From a virus (lineage: Duplodnaviria > Caudoviricetes): a stretch of DNA of 49,830 nt. Position numbers and translations under genes: made by a program. The notes beneath the pieces were generated by a model. It had not been told where the DNA came from. It was given only the letters and a program-made list of their open reading frames with translations, and searched no databases. Below, in pieces: positions 31,445-41,424 of this stretch. Location: IMG/VR virus record IMGVR_UViG_3300046832_000948, positions 1 through 49,830 of that record. One strand, written 5' to 3'. The first letter of the stretch is position 1; every line of letters starts with the position of its first letter.

Positions 31445-31588
31445 TTATACCCACTTCTGCCCGTCATTAATTTGCGCAATCAATACTCTTTCATCTTTAA
31501 TTTCACGCAATATAACCATAACTCTCGCCATTAAATACACATGAGCTATAGCACACACAGAAATTATGATCGCGACTTCTACACCCAT
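31445..31588 (-). CDS. Small single-TM protein (47 aa, MGVEVAIIISVCAIAHVYLMARVMVILREIKDERVLIAQINDGQKWV)
   Basis: Hand translation; fills the TerL-portal gap exactly and overlaps the TerL stop; below ORF-track cutoff. Confidence 0.65.
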   Translation of the reverse strand: MGVEVAIIISVCAIAHVYLMARVMVILREIKDERVLIAQINDGQKWV

Positions 31589-33324
31589 TCTGAGTTTTTA
31601 CCTTTATTCATCCAGCGTGGAACATATTTTCCAGAACTGCTACTTTCAGATGACACTTCAGGACATTTTACTGGATATTCTCTCCACATCATTCCGTATC
31701 TAAAACTATCAATAGCGTGATCGTTTTTTGTTCCACTATCAATATCTTCTGGATCGCGTGGGTGAGCCATTGTGTTTGCTAGTTGCTTAATTAAATTAGG
31801 ACATGTACCACGCACTATCTGTAGTTTGGGTTTAGGGACTCCATTAACAACAGTGGATGCTTCTAACCATTCTTTAACACGTCTCCAGCCAGCCTTCCTG
31901 TCTTTAACAGCTCGCACAGCCGGAAGATTACGCTCCCACCAAACTTCGACTGGATACTCACCAATGCGATCCTGCGCATTCATTGGAGGGAAAGTGTTTG
32001 CCCAGTCAAACGCAATGGCTTCGAGTTTGTTATTCCATCTACCATCACGTAGTTTTGTGTTTGACGGCTCTGCAAGTTTATACTTCTCAAGCATGTCTAG
32101 GACTCTTTGAGCTTGCGCACTGCTCACAAGTCCTTGTTCGTACATTTCACCAAGCACATATACATTCTCATTGTCGTCACTTGCGTACAATAAAAAACAC
32201 GCTGGTGCTCCTGTACCAAAGTCATGACTACCCCAGACACGCCACCATGGTTGAACATCTACATGGTCTACTACGTGCCAGTTAATACCCTCTGGTCCAT
32301 ATTCCTTAAACGAATTAAAGAACAATCCGCCAACACCAACTTCATGCTGGCACTCACGTAAAAACGAAAGAAGGCCATATGTGTCAATTTCGTGCTGGCA
32401 CACATCAATAGTCTTATGCTCCCACGCAGGAGTGCCATTTGTAATTTTGTATCCAATGCGTCCATCTTCGCGTTCAAATGTTTCATATTGCAGGTCATGA
32501 ATTGCAGGAACAATTGGACTCTGTATGCGATTCTGCAACATATCCAATTCGCCACTCAATACGTGACTCATTACGCTATTTGCATGAATACGGTTTTGGA
32601 CAAACACAACTGCACAGTCAGTACTTCTAGCAGGAAGGATTGTCTGTGTAATCGTACGGATCTTTTTGTCTACAGCATTGACCGAATCATCTAACTCATC
32701 AATGTCGTCAAGAATGATCATATCTGGACGTAGGTGGTCTAACTTGACACCACGAGCGCCAGTATCAAGACCAAACGCAAGAACGTTGAAACCATTTGCC
32801 GTACGGAGTTTGCTGGCATTCCAACCTTTACTGAATCCATATTTATTTACAGCTCTTTCAATACCACATCGCTCCATTGCCGTTGCAATATCCTGTACGT
32901 GCCTATCCGCCATATCTTGAGTAGCACATACATACACGACAAACCTGCGTGTTGCCTTTACTGCCAAACGACTAACAATTAATTCCATTGTGGTTGATTT
33001 ACCACCACCACGAAACCAACATTCAATAAGAGCTGGTGGAGTGAATCCAGGTTCTAACTTTTCAGCCCATTGCCATGCCCTGTGATGGTGATCGCCGAGT
33101 TTGCTTGAGGCAGCATGTGGGGCATATGTTGATAGCCACGATTCATATGACAACTCATGACCAATTAACTTTGATGCAACACCATTGTCATAATCACCAA
33201 CTTCAATAGCTTGAGACAACTCGTCACCAAGCGCCTCTAATAATGCGACAGCAAGAGGCTTTGTTGGCTTAACGTATTTTCTGAATGCGCGTGGCGCAGC
33301 TTTACTCAGTGTCGTCTTGCTCAT
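31579..33324 (-). CDS. terL: Terminase large subunit (581 aa)
   Basis: Walker A FRGGGKST, Walker B IILDD, RNase H-like nuclease HDFG...DHAIDSFRY. Confidence 0.95.
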   Translation of the reverse strand: MSKTTLSKAAPRAFRKYVKPTKPLAVALLEALGDELSQAIEVGDYDNGVASKLIGHELSYESWLSTYAPHAASSKLGDHHHRAWQWAEKLEPGFTPPALIECWFRGGGKSTTMELIVSRLAVKATRRFVVYVCATQDMADRHVQDIATAMERCGIERAVNKYGFSKGWNASKLRTANGFNVLAFGLDTGARGVKLDHLRPDMIILDDIDELDDSVNAVDKKIRTITQTILPARSTDCAVVFVQNRIHANSVMSHVLSGELDMLQNRIQSPIVPAIHDLQYETFEREDGRIGYKITNGTPAWEHKTIDVCQHEIDTYGLLSFLRECQHEVGVGGLFFNSFKEYGPEGINWHVVDHVDVQPWWRVWGSHDFGTGAPACFLLYASDDNENVYVLGEMYEQGLVSSAQAQRVLDMLEKYKLAEPSNTKLRDGRWNNKLEAIAFDWANTFPPMNAQDRIGEYPVEVWWERNLPAVRAVKDRKAGWRRVKEWLEASTVVNGVPKPKLQIVRGTCPNLIKQLANTMAHPRDPEDIDSGTKNDHAIDSFRYGMMWREYPVKCPEVSSESSSSGKYVPRWMNKGKNSEWV

Positions 33325-34033
33325 CTATAATCTCTGCATCCATAACATCATCTTGTTGATACTGTTTGAGCAATTTTGAAAAACCGGCTTTGATTGCATT
33401 AAGTTCATCTACATTACGTACACATTGTTTGACTACGCCTAATATCTGCATTGCTAAGCTATACGCCTGATCAACCTCAAGTGTATATGCTTTTGTATGC
33501 ATCATACGTGCTTCTGCTTCTACGATCTCCGTTCGTTTGTCTATTAAATTAACGACATCTTGGCTTGCTCTATACAAGTCAATACCTTCATTAATGATTT
33601 TGCCAAGCTGCTTAAATGCTGGCATAAATTCATCAGTGCCATACGTAGCTCGACAGGTAGTCATTTGATCTTTGATTGACTCGTAATGCTCTACAGAGAT
33701 GCCGTTGCTTGCAGCTTCTGCACGGACATCCATTAGTGCTGTTAGATAGGCAGCATCATCACGCAACGAAAATAAATCTGGATCTTCTCTTAATTCATCA
33801 ATGCGGGTTAGCAAAGTAGGTGCAACTTGACTAAATCTACGCCGTTGTTTGCTCCATAGTCCCGTTTTAAATGCTGGGTTATCTACCCCAGTCAATGTTT
33901 TTCCACCATGATGCATACAAAAATCACGTCCAGTTACAGCAATGTTTTTACAGCGTTCACCATTTTTCTTTATTGACGCACATAATTTAATTTTTGCGCC
34001 ATTCAATTCACGTGTTGCAATTTCAGTTGTCAT
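33302..34033 (-). CDS. Putative terminase small subunit (HGGxSTG-like Zn motif), 243 aa
   Basis: C...KKNGERCKN.A..G..FC.HHGGKT...NPAFKTGLWSK; directly upstream of and overlapping terL. Confidence 0.7.
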   Translation of the reverse strand: MTTEIATRELNGAKIKLCASIKKNGERCKNIAVTGRDFCMHHGGKTLTGVDNPAFKTGLWSKQRRRFSQVAPTLLTRIDELREDPDLFSLRDDAAYLTALMDVRAEAASNGISVEHYESIKDQMTTCRATYGTDEFMPAFKQLGKIINEGIDLYRASQDVVNLIDKRTEIVEAEARMMHTKAYTLEVDQAYSLAMQILGVVKQCVRNVDELNAIKAGFSKLLKQYQQDDVMDAEIIDEQDDTE

Positions 34034-34869
34034 TATTTACCAGATAAAAGACGCTGTAAATTTTGTTGGAACGCATTTTTTATTCCACGGCCAACATTTT
34101 GTGCGTCACGAACACCACCACGGACTGAATTTTTTACATTTCTATTAACGTCGGTAGCTACATCAACAAAGTCTGCAGTCATTTTATCTACCGTAGGGTG
34201 TACATTTGCAGGCAAAATATTTTTAAAAGGTTGTGAGTAAAATTGATTAATATCTTGCTTTTGGTTAATCACCTTATCTCTTGTAACACCCTCTAAACTA
34301 GTCACATCATCAGCTGCACCCGGTTGTTGCGCAATCATCTCTAATAATGGAAGCAACTCTCCGTACTGCGCTTGCATTTTTCCTTGATTAAAAAATGAAT
34401 CTACTGACTTTGTAGCATCTGCTGCTTTCTCGCCAATGTTTTTGTCAAATATCTGTTCACGTATATTGTTATATACCGGATTCATTAACTGCCCTTTTCC
34501 AGCAAATATTGCAGATTGCACCATTGGGTTATTTGCTGCTCCAACACCTCTTGTTGCAAGAAGTGTCATCAATGCCCGTAATCCGGCATCGGTAGTAAGA
34601 TCTAACCCAAGAGTAGTTGCAGCCGAAAGCAACCCATTCATTCGAGCATCGCGTGGCATATCTGGATGAAAGGCTTGTCCGATTTGTGGTTTCTGATTAC
34701 CAGCAAGCGCTACATCACCCATAATTCTGCCACCAACACCGGGAGCAATAAATTGTCCAAATGTTGCAGTTGGAGCTGAATACATCTGCAATAAATCTGC
34801 AGTTTTCTTGTCTAGTTCCGGACTTGGCTGAGGTCTGCGAGATATCTTAGTTTGTTTATTTTGAGGCAT
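34033..34869 (-). CDS. Hypothetical protein (278 aa), possibly internal virion protein
   Basis: Long ORF, TAATG-coupled on both sides. Confidence 0.75.
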   Translation of the reverse strand: MPQNKQTKISRRPQPSPELDKKTADLLQMYSAPTATFGQFIAPGVGGRIMGDVALAGNQKPQIGQAFHPDMPRDARMNGLLSAATTLGLDLTTDAGLRALMTLLATRGVGAANNPMVQSAIFAGKGQLMNPVYNNIREQIFDKNIGEKAADATKSVDSFFNQGKMQAQYGELLPLLEMIAQQPGAADDVTSLEGVTRDKVINQKQDINQFYSQPFKNILPANVHPTVDKMTADFVDVATDVNRNVKNSVRGGVRDAQNVGRGIKNAFQQNLQRLLSGK

Positions 34870-37800
34870 TATTTACTCCTGTTATCCAAAGCTTCACCGG
34901 TTGTTTTGATGAGTCCCCATAACGTTAAGCCAGCACCCGCAGCTTTACCCTTTGCTCCTCGCATACTAGCTCGCATTGCATCAGCTCTACTTTGTGGTTT
35001 GGCTGGTGCAACTACAGGTTTTTGTGTTGCTATTGGAGTTGGCGATTTACTTGACGGTTTAAATGCTGCACGTTGCTGCGTTAATTCTGTATCAGATTTA
35101 AATAAGCCGTTTGCAATTCGTGTTCCCATTGCAACGTATTTGGCTTTATCTGGCCCAACGACGGCATATTTTTTGTCTAATGAGCCTCTATTAAATCCAG
35201 CAGATTCACCCTTACTTGCATTTACTTCTGTAAGCAATCCAGTTGCTTCATTCTCAGGAATACCGGCCTTCATAAGAACTTTAACTGCATCAGCTTTTGT
35301 CATTACTTTTCCATTACGGTTAAAGACACTATTTGCTGACTCTAAAATATCTATGTATCCCGGATGGACTTTATCATTCTTGATGGTTAATCCTAATCCG
35401 TTATTAATTTTTACACGTTGTTTTTTACCTTGAGTTTTAGCTTCTTCCTGAGCAACTCGTTCTTCACGAATTTTTGCTTTTGAAATCTCGCCAACAAGTT
35501 CTTGTTTATCTCCCTGTTTACCGTCAACTTGCAACTGTAATGTCTTGATGTTCTTTTCGACTTCAGCAATTTGTTTAAGGTGCGCGTTAACATCTGCCTT
35601 TGCCGGTTTGACTTTACGTAACTGCTGTAGTGTTTCTTGTGCAGTACCAATCTGTCCGTTAAGTTGTTTAATCTCCCTAATGACCTTGGTGGCCATTTGT
35701 GAAATGTCACTTGAAGACATCTTTGTATAGTCAACAGATTGTTGTTTTGCAGGATTAGGTGTCTGCCTTGGTCGTTGTTCACGAGATGTGTCAGTTGTTG
35801 CAGGCAAGTCTTCTGTGTTGTCTACTGTTTTGACACCTAACTTTGCTTGACGTAACAGTGCTCGCTTTCTAGTCATTTCTAACTTGCGTTTTTGCGCAGG
35901 CGATAGATCCAATTCAGCAATATTTATGTCAAAACCGGGTAATCGACCACCACTTGATGCAACTCCATCTGCCGTAGTTGGCATACTAATCCCATTATTT
36001 TTTGCAGTTGCAATACGTTTCACTAGGTCCATTAACGCATTATTTTTTGCTTCTGGCGTTGTAGCTTTTTCAAAATTTGAAATCGCCATATCAATGCCCT
36101 GCGTAAATGTAGATTTACTTGCAACAAGACTTTTACGAGCCTTACTATCTGCGCCAAAATTAACTAAATTAATAGCATCGGTTATAGCAGTAGTGACAAG
36201 ATTCTTTTTGGATGTTTTCCTGTCGTCTATGCGCCCTTTACCTTCACCAATGTCTACTCCAGCACCACGAACATTTGGTGCTGATTTGACATTTCCAGCT
36301 TCTGCTTCTGCTGTGACGACATCTCCAGCATAACCGTACACAGCGTCCATAAAGGACATTCGTGCTCGATTATTGTTCTTGTCATCATAAACAAGACTTG
36401 TAACTTGGTCTTTTACAGCTTGTTCAAATGCTGGACGCAATTCAGGAGTAATGTCTACATCACTTGTTCTATCTTCAAGAACAGACTTTACGATACGAGA
36501 TATCTGTGCTTCTTTATCTGTACCTGAGCCTTCTTGCAGGTATATGTTACGTGCAGTTGCAAATGCACTTTGAATTTTAGTTTTGTGGTTTTGAATAATA
36601 ATGTCTTCAGCTGCTCGCCTGTCACCAGCATCAACCTTGTTAATGACATCACGTTCAAGTCTGCTTTCACTGCTTCGTGGCCCAGATGTTCCATTCATTG
36701 TTCCCGGCGCACGACTATCTGGCTTAAAATCACGTCCTCTCGCAATTTCTAAAATAGAGTGCAATGCGCTTCCTTGTCTACGACTCATGTCTGTGACAAC
36801 GCGTTGTAACTCCTGCTGAGTAATACCTGTCTCGCCCAACTGCTTAATGACGTTCTCGTCACCAGTAAACAATACATACTTAGCAAATGAATCAACTGCT
36901 TCAGGGAAGTTTTTAAATGCGGTATTTAATTCTGAATGCAATTGATTAAACGATGAGACAACGTAATTTGCAGGTAAGCCATACTTGCCCTGTGAGGCAC
37001 CCTGAGTAGCAACCGTAGAAACACCAACGCGTTCTGTTTGCTGATTTGTGCGAACCTTTACCGTTTTTGGTTTTCCATCTTCACCAATAACAGGTACATA
37101 TCGACCCTCTTTTAATTGGAATTGTTGTACGTTAGCTGTACCTGTTTTAGGATCAACATCATATGACTTAATTAAATTCTTATCATTGATTGTTCTACCA
37201 TTGACGTCTACAGGCATGAGTTGCACGGTAGATCTTGTGGATTGACGTGCACCCTCAACTAAATTAATTCCTGAAAATAATTTTTTAAAGTTGACTTCCG
37301 AACCACCAGATGACCAGTGATCTAACATATCAAGCGTCTGATCCAACCTAGCAGAACCAGTGACCTGACGAGGACGCATGAAGTCAGGTGTGCCATCACC
37401 TTTTAATTGGAAGCCTGTAGATACACCAACGCCACCAACTTGCGATCTAATGTCATCAGCTGACGTGATCAGTGAATTTAATTGACCAAGTGCACCGCGT
37501 AAGCCAGTGTACTGATCCGGTGTTAACACAGATGGGAAATCTGCAGACGCCTTAGCCGACTTTAGAATATATTCATCACCGCTTTTCTCGTACATGTCTA
37601 AGTTGGATTTTAAACGTGTCTGCATTGCCTTGGCAGTGTCGTACATTTCTGCACCTGCCTTATCAACATACAGAACTCCGTTTTCATCTGCAGGAATTCG
37701 CATTAACTGCTTAAGGTCACTGACTACATCAGCCATTGTCTCTAAACTAGCTTTTGATCCACTTACAACACGAGCACCTTTACTCATATCGCCAAATTCA

Positions 37801-40115
37801 TTTTGAACGATGTCTAAGTTTCGTGTTCTTCCTAATGTAAAAGTATTTCGTTTGCTTAATTCTTTAAATCTAGGATCGGTCTGTAATTGCTTCATTAAAG
37901 ATGATGGGTTTTCAGCACCTTCAAGTAACGATTGCATTTTTAAAATATATTTACGATCATCAAAACTAATCGGTGAGCCAGACTTAGATGTTACTTGCAA
38001 TGTAGAGTCTGGATGATTTTGTAATCTAAAATTTGTCGTCTTTCCATCTGGCGCTTCACCAGTAGTTAATGCTTGTTGTGTAGCTAAACGTGGAGTAGCA
38101 AAACTAAATAATGAAGACGGAACACCTTGTTCAGCAAACAATGCACCAAGTAACTGATGTGGTGTCATATCTGTACGTAATGGCTTTACATCACGTTTAA
38201 TATCAGCTTCAATCATCCGCTGTTCCGACGCTCGCATGTTACTTACTAAGTCTGAACCAGCGCCCGTAGATACGCCAACTGTACGACCGCTGTCATATCC
38301 TTCTACTCCAGTATCGCCATACATCATTTGCAAGGCTTGAGTTGTGTAATATGGAGCAGCTTTTTTTGCAGCAGAAACATTGTTATTGTTTTGCTGGTCT
38401 ATTTGTGCTGCTTGCATATCTTTTACATAAGCAGCCTCACGCCCAGAGAAATTTGGTTCAGTAATTTGTCGCAATGTTGCGGCTATGTCAAACTGTCCAC
38501 CAAACCGCCTAGCCACAATATCGTTACCCATAGCCTCGTTGAAGCTAAAGGCTTTTCCCATGTTGCGACGCTCGTACATGTCAGCAACATCCATGTAAAT
38601 AGAATCAACTATATTTCTACGTACAGTATTAGATTCCGTCCAATCCACTGAAGACATACCTTCAGGTTGCTGTATTGCCAATGGACCTAATACGCTTGTT
38701 GCAACGTCACGCGCAGCAACAAATGCTGGAGCATTACCACGCGACATGCTAGTAAGAACTTTTTTGGCTACACCACTAACGGACTTGTTAATTCCTGTGT
38801 AAACCGCATCAAAACGACGAGTTTTTGTGCGCTCTGAACGATCTTTCTGTGATCCGAATTTAGTAGCAAAAATAGAATTTTCATCGCTACTCATTGCTTC
38901 CATTAACGCAGGTGATACTTCATAAACATCTTGCGGGCGATAATCTGGATCACCAGCTAATTTAAATAAATCAATTGCATCGTTAAATGTTTCGGTGCTA
39001 TGCTTTGAACCCGGTTTAGATCCACGATCAAAATAATCTGCAATAGCAGCTAAGCCATCGTTTAATATACGTTTTTGCCCATCGGTACGAGCATTACCTT
39101 GGAATGTATTAAAGGTTTCTAGCACCTTGTACATTGGACTATTTCGGTCAGCATCAGTAGCGCCATTGAATACACGCCTTGCTGCTTCTGGCAAACTTAC
39201 ACCAGCCGTAACAGCTGATCGCAACTTTCCAACCATCGTCATAGTTGGGATTTCATTCCCTTGAAAAGACGATAGTAATTTCTCGCTATCTAAATCAGCA
39301 GTAAAGTTAGTTGACCGAGGTTGGTTTGCAGCTGGATTCTCTCGTGTTTCAAATTTTTGTTGTGGATTTGCTCCCGGAATAAAGTCCTTTGCAGTGCCAA
39401 ATTTCTTTTCACCCGGAGTAAATGGTTTATCAAAAAAGTCTACAGCTTGACGCAGATTCCCTTGTTCATCTAATAAATTCTGACCACCAACAGCTGGTGC
39501 TTCTGGTGCCTCTTGTTGTGCAGGTCGTGTGCCTTTACCCATCCATTGACCCAGAGATGGTGCAGGTGCAGGTACTTGCACTGGTTTTCGTCCAGCCATA
39601 CCCGTTTCAAGTTGTTGTGCTAAGCCAGCATCCTCACCAGCAGCCATTCTATTTTGTGCTGCACGATACTGTTCTTCTTCTTCAGTGGTGCGAGACGCTG
39701 GTACATCTAACTCACGTGGTTTTCCGGATCCGTATCGTTGCAAAAATGCACTAGCAACGTCTCCAGCTTCGCCCTTGTATTCACGTCCTACTTGCCCAAC
39801 AGCAGTGCTTGGCCCCGGAGCAAAAATACCGCTTTTTTCTGGCCTAACATCACGTATTGGTAAATTAGGATTTGCAAATGATGTTGATAAATCTCCTACA
39901 TCAACAATTGGCTTTTGTTGTGCTGTTCCTTCGAGGCGCTTGTTGTAATCAGCTAATCGTGTTTTTACGTCAGCTTCTGACTTAGCCTCTGCATCTTGAA
40001 CCATCTCTTGTGCTTTTGTTGATACAGGTTTACGAACTGTTTTAGTAGGACGAACAACTTGTCGTCCAGCCTTTTTCTCTTCGTCAACCATCATATTCAT
40101 TAATGCAGAGGCCAT
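34869..40115 (-). CDS. Large hypothetical protein (1748 aa), possibly internal virion protein
   Basis: Uninterrupted ORF with AGGAG SD; no catalytic motif recognised; coiled coil near C-terminus. Confidence 0.8.
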   Translation of the reverse strand: MASALMNMMVDEEKKAGRQVVRPTKTVRKPVSTKAQEMVQDAEAKSEADVKTRLADYNKRLEGTAQQKPIVDVGDLSTSFANPNLPIRDVRPEKSGIFAPGPSTAVGQVGREYKGEAGDVASAFLQRYGSGKPRELDVPASRTTEEEEQYRAAQNRMAAGEDAGLAQQLETGMAGRKPVQVPAPAPSLGQWMGKGTRPAQQEAPEAPAVGGQNLLDEQGNLRQAVDFFDKPFTPGEKKFGTAKDFIPGANPQQKFETRENPAANQPRSTNFTADLDSEKLLSSFQGNEIPTMTMVGKLRSAVTAGVSLPEAARRVFNGATDADRNSPMYKVLETFNTFQGNARTDGQKRILNDGLAAIADYFDRGSKPGSKHSTETFNDAIDLFKLAGDPDYRPQDVYEVSPALMEAMSSDENSIFATKFGSQKDRSERTKTRRFDAVYTGINKSVSGVAKKVLTSMSRGNAPAFVAARDVATSVLGPLAIQQPEGMSSVDWTESNTVRRNIVDSIYMDVADMYERRNMGKAFSFNEAMGNDIVARRFGGQFDIAATLRQITEPNFSGREAAYVKDMQAAQIDQQNNNNVSAAKKAAPYYTTQALQMMYGDTGVEGYDSGRTVGVSTGAGSDLVSNMRASEQRMIEADIKRDVKPLRTDMTPHQLLGALFAEQGVPSSLFSFATPRLATQQALTTGEAPDGKTTNFRLQNHPDSTLQVTSKSGSPISFDDRKYILKMQSLLEGAENPSSLMKQLQTDPRFKELSKRNTFTLGRTRNLDIVQNEFGDMSKGARVVSGSKASLETMADVVSDLKQLMRIPADENGVLYVDKAGAEMYDTAKAMQTRLKSNLDMYEKSGDEYILKSAKASADFPSVLTPDQYTGLRGALGQLNSLITSADDIRSQVGGVGVSTGFQLKGDGTPDFMRPRQVTGSARLDQTLDMLDHWSSGGSEVNFKKLFSGINLVEGARQSTRSTVQLMPVDVNGRTINDKNLIKSYDVDPKTGTANVQQFQLKEGRYVPVIGEDGKPKTVKVRTNQQTERVGVSTVATQGASQGKYGLPANYVVSSFNQLHSELNTAFKNFPEAVDSFAKYVLFTGDENVIKQLGETGITQQELQRVVTDMSRRQGSALHSILEIARGRDFKPDSRAPGTMNGTSGPRSSESRLERDVINKVDAGDRRAAEDIIIQNHKTKIQSAFATARNIYLQEGSGTDKEAQISRIVKSVLEDRTSDVDITPELRPAFEQAVKDQVTSLVYDDKNNNRARMSFMDAVYGYAGDVVTAEAEAGNVKSAPNVRGAGVDIGEGKGRIDDRKTSKKNLVTTAITDAINLVNFGADSKARKSLVASKSTFTQGIDMAISNFEKATTPEAKNNALMDLVKRIATAKNNGISMPTTADGVASSGGRLPGFDINIAELDLSPAQKRKLEMTRKRALLRQAKLGVKTVDNTEDLPATTDTSREQRPRQTPNPAKQQSVDYTKMSSSDISQMATKVIREIKQLNGQIGTAQETLQQLRKVKPAKADVNAHLKQIAEVEKNIKTLQLQVDGKQGDKQELVGEISKAKIREERVAQEEAKTQGKKQRVKINNGLGLTIKNDKVHPGYIDILESANSVFNRNGKVMTKADAVKVLMKAGIPENEATGLLTEVNASKGESAGFNRGSLDKKYAVVGPDKAKYVAMGTRIANGLFKSDTELTQQRAAFKPSSKSPTPIATQKPVVAPAKPQSRADAMRASMRGAKGKAAGAGLTLWGLIKTTGEALDNRSK

Positions 40116-40124
40116 AGATCTCTC

Positions 40125-40787
40125 CTACTTCTTAATACCAAGTGCCTTTGTAATTGGTGCACGGCTAGGTCCAGCTTTTGCTGTAGACGTTTTACCAGCA
40201 GTGCCCTTAGACATCACACCTTTTTTAGGTGGCATAACAGACTTTGCGGACGTAGCTTGTCCACGCTCGTTAAACATACGTCCTTGTCGCTGTCCAACAA
40301 TTTGCTCACGATTACCCGGAATCATTGGAGATGGAGCACCTTGCATACGAGTTTGCGACTTGGCCTTGTTAATTTGTGCTTCATTCATTGATAAAGCATC
40401 ACTCATTGCCCCTACTGCGCCTAGCCCTGCAGCAATTGCTCCACCTGCACGTCCAGCACCGCGCATACGAGAGCGCATTGCGTTACGCCGTTGCTCAGCA
40501 CGGAACTGATTTGCCTTTCGCGTGTTAAGCATCTGCTGTCGCATCTTGCCAGCCATATTAGCTTGGCGCTTGTTTTCGTCATTGGCTAATGCTTTTCCCT
40601 GATATTCTTTACCTGCACCTAAAGCAGCTGCATTGCGCTTACTTACACTTGTGCTTATTGTCGGATCCATGCCGAATCTTTGGCGTGAAAAACTTGGTGC
40701 AGATTTCTTTGGTTTTTCAACTTTGACGTTATTCTCACGCCCTAACCTTTGCTGTTTGCGAAATCCAAATGTCGGTTCTTTTGGCAT
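40125..40787 (-). CDS. Highly basic, likely disordered protein (220 aa)
   Basis: K/R/A/M/G-rich; central Gly/Ala hydrophobic stretch. Confidence 0.75.
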   Translation of the reverse strand: MPKEPTFGFRKQQRLGRENNVKVEKPKKSAPSFSRQRFGMDPTISTSVSKRNAAALGAGKEYQGKALANDENKRQANMAGKMRQQMLNTRKANQFRAEQRRNAMRSRMRGAGRAGGAIAAGLGAVGAMSDALSMNEAQINKAKSQTRMQGAPSPMIPGNREQIVGQRQGRMFNERGQATSAKSVMPPKKGVMSKGTAGKTSTAKAGPSRAPITKALGIKK

Positions 40788-40795
40788 TTTGCTAC

Positions 40796-40951
40796 CTACT
40801 TTACTTTTCGTAGGCGTGGGTTTTTCCGTTTAGCCGATGCGGACGCCTTACGTGATGAAGCAGCAAGAATTGCTCCAGCTGCTTCTTGGCTAACCCTTTG
40901 CTGTTTAGCAATTTTTCCTTGCACAGCTTTAAATCCCGGATGTTTTCTCAA
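40796..40951 (-). CDS. Small basic protein (51 aa, MRKHPGFKAVQGKIAKQQRVSQEAAGAILAASSRKASASAKRKNPRLRKVK)
   Basis: Hand translation; TTG start overlapping upstream TGA; fills gap; HPGFKAVQ..AGAILA..NPRL pattern recalled from environmental phage hypotheticals. Confidence 0.75.
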   Translation of the reverse strand: MRKHPGFKAVQGKIAKQQRVSQEAAGAILAASSRKASASAKRKNPRLRKVK

Positions 40952-41151
40952 TATTTACATCCGCAATTTGCTTTTCCACACTTAGGGCACTTTTTGCCTT
41001 TTCCGTATTCGGCTTTTTCATGCTTTGCCATCATTTTTGACGACATGCCCTTTTTGCTATATTCTTGCTTTTCGGCTTTAGCCATAGACTTACTCATTCC
41101 TGAGTGTCCACCAATTTTCATGCCCATCATCTGGCCCATAGTTTTACGCAT
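40948..41151 (-). CDS. Small Lys/Met-rich protein with C-terminal CxxC-x4-CxC (67 aa)
   Basis: TAATG coupling at 41151; ends CPKCGKANCGCKY. Confidence 0.7.
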   Translation of the reverse strand: MRKTMGQMMGMKIGGHSGMSKSMAKAEKQEYSKKGMSSKMMAKHEKAEYGKGKKCPKCGKANCGCKY

Positions 41152-41399
41152 TAGCAGTTCCACGCTCTCAGAGATTTATTAATTCGGCTATTTGGATCAT
41201 TAGCTGTTTTTGAAGACGTATTCTTTGCCTTCATGCCAGACATACGCGCACAAAAAGAGGCACGACGTCCTGCGTCTGCCTTTGTCTTTGGGTTTGGTGC
41301 TGGCGGTTTTAAATTGGCTCCTGTTTTACGCTTAAAATGTGCGCGACCAGCAGCGTTTAATCCGCCTGATGGATTTTGATATTTTTTAACAACTCCCAT
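41151..41399 (-). CDS. Small basic protein, DUF6321-like (82 aa)
   Basis: NPSGGLNAAGR...LKPP...RRASFCARM.GM...DPNSRINKSLRAWNC; GAGGTGA SD before ATG 41399. Confidence 0.8.
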   Translation of the reverse strand: MGVVKKYQNPSGGLNAAGRAHFKRKTGANLKPPAPNPKTKADAGRRASFCARMSGMKAKNTSSKTANDPNSRINKSLRAWNC

Positions 41400-41415
41400 T
41401 TGATCACCTCTATGC

Positions 41416-41421
41416 ATTATA
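41416..41421 (-). promoter_or_regulatory. -10 box TATAAT, candidate promoter of the late operon
   Basis: Perfect TATAAT just after terminator U-tract and ~6 nt before SD-containing leader; no -35. Confidence 0.55.
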
Positions 41422-41424
41422 CAT

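Noticed and set aside
777-40985. Many plus-strand ORFs (e.g. 5895-6524, 18590-19423, 34852-35433, 35884-36333)
   Set aside because: Antisense shadows of long minus-strand genes; no SDs and S/L/T-rich non-protein-like composition.
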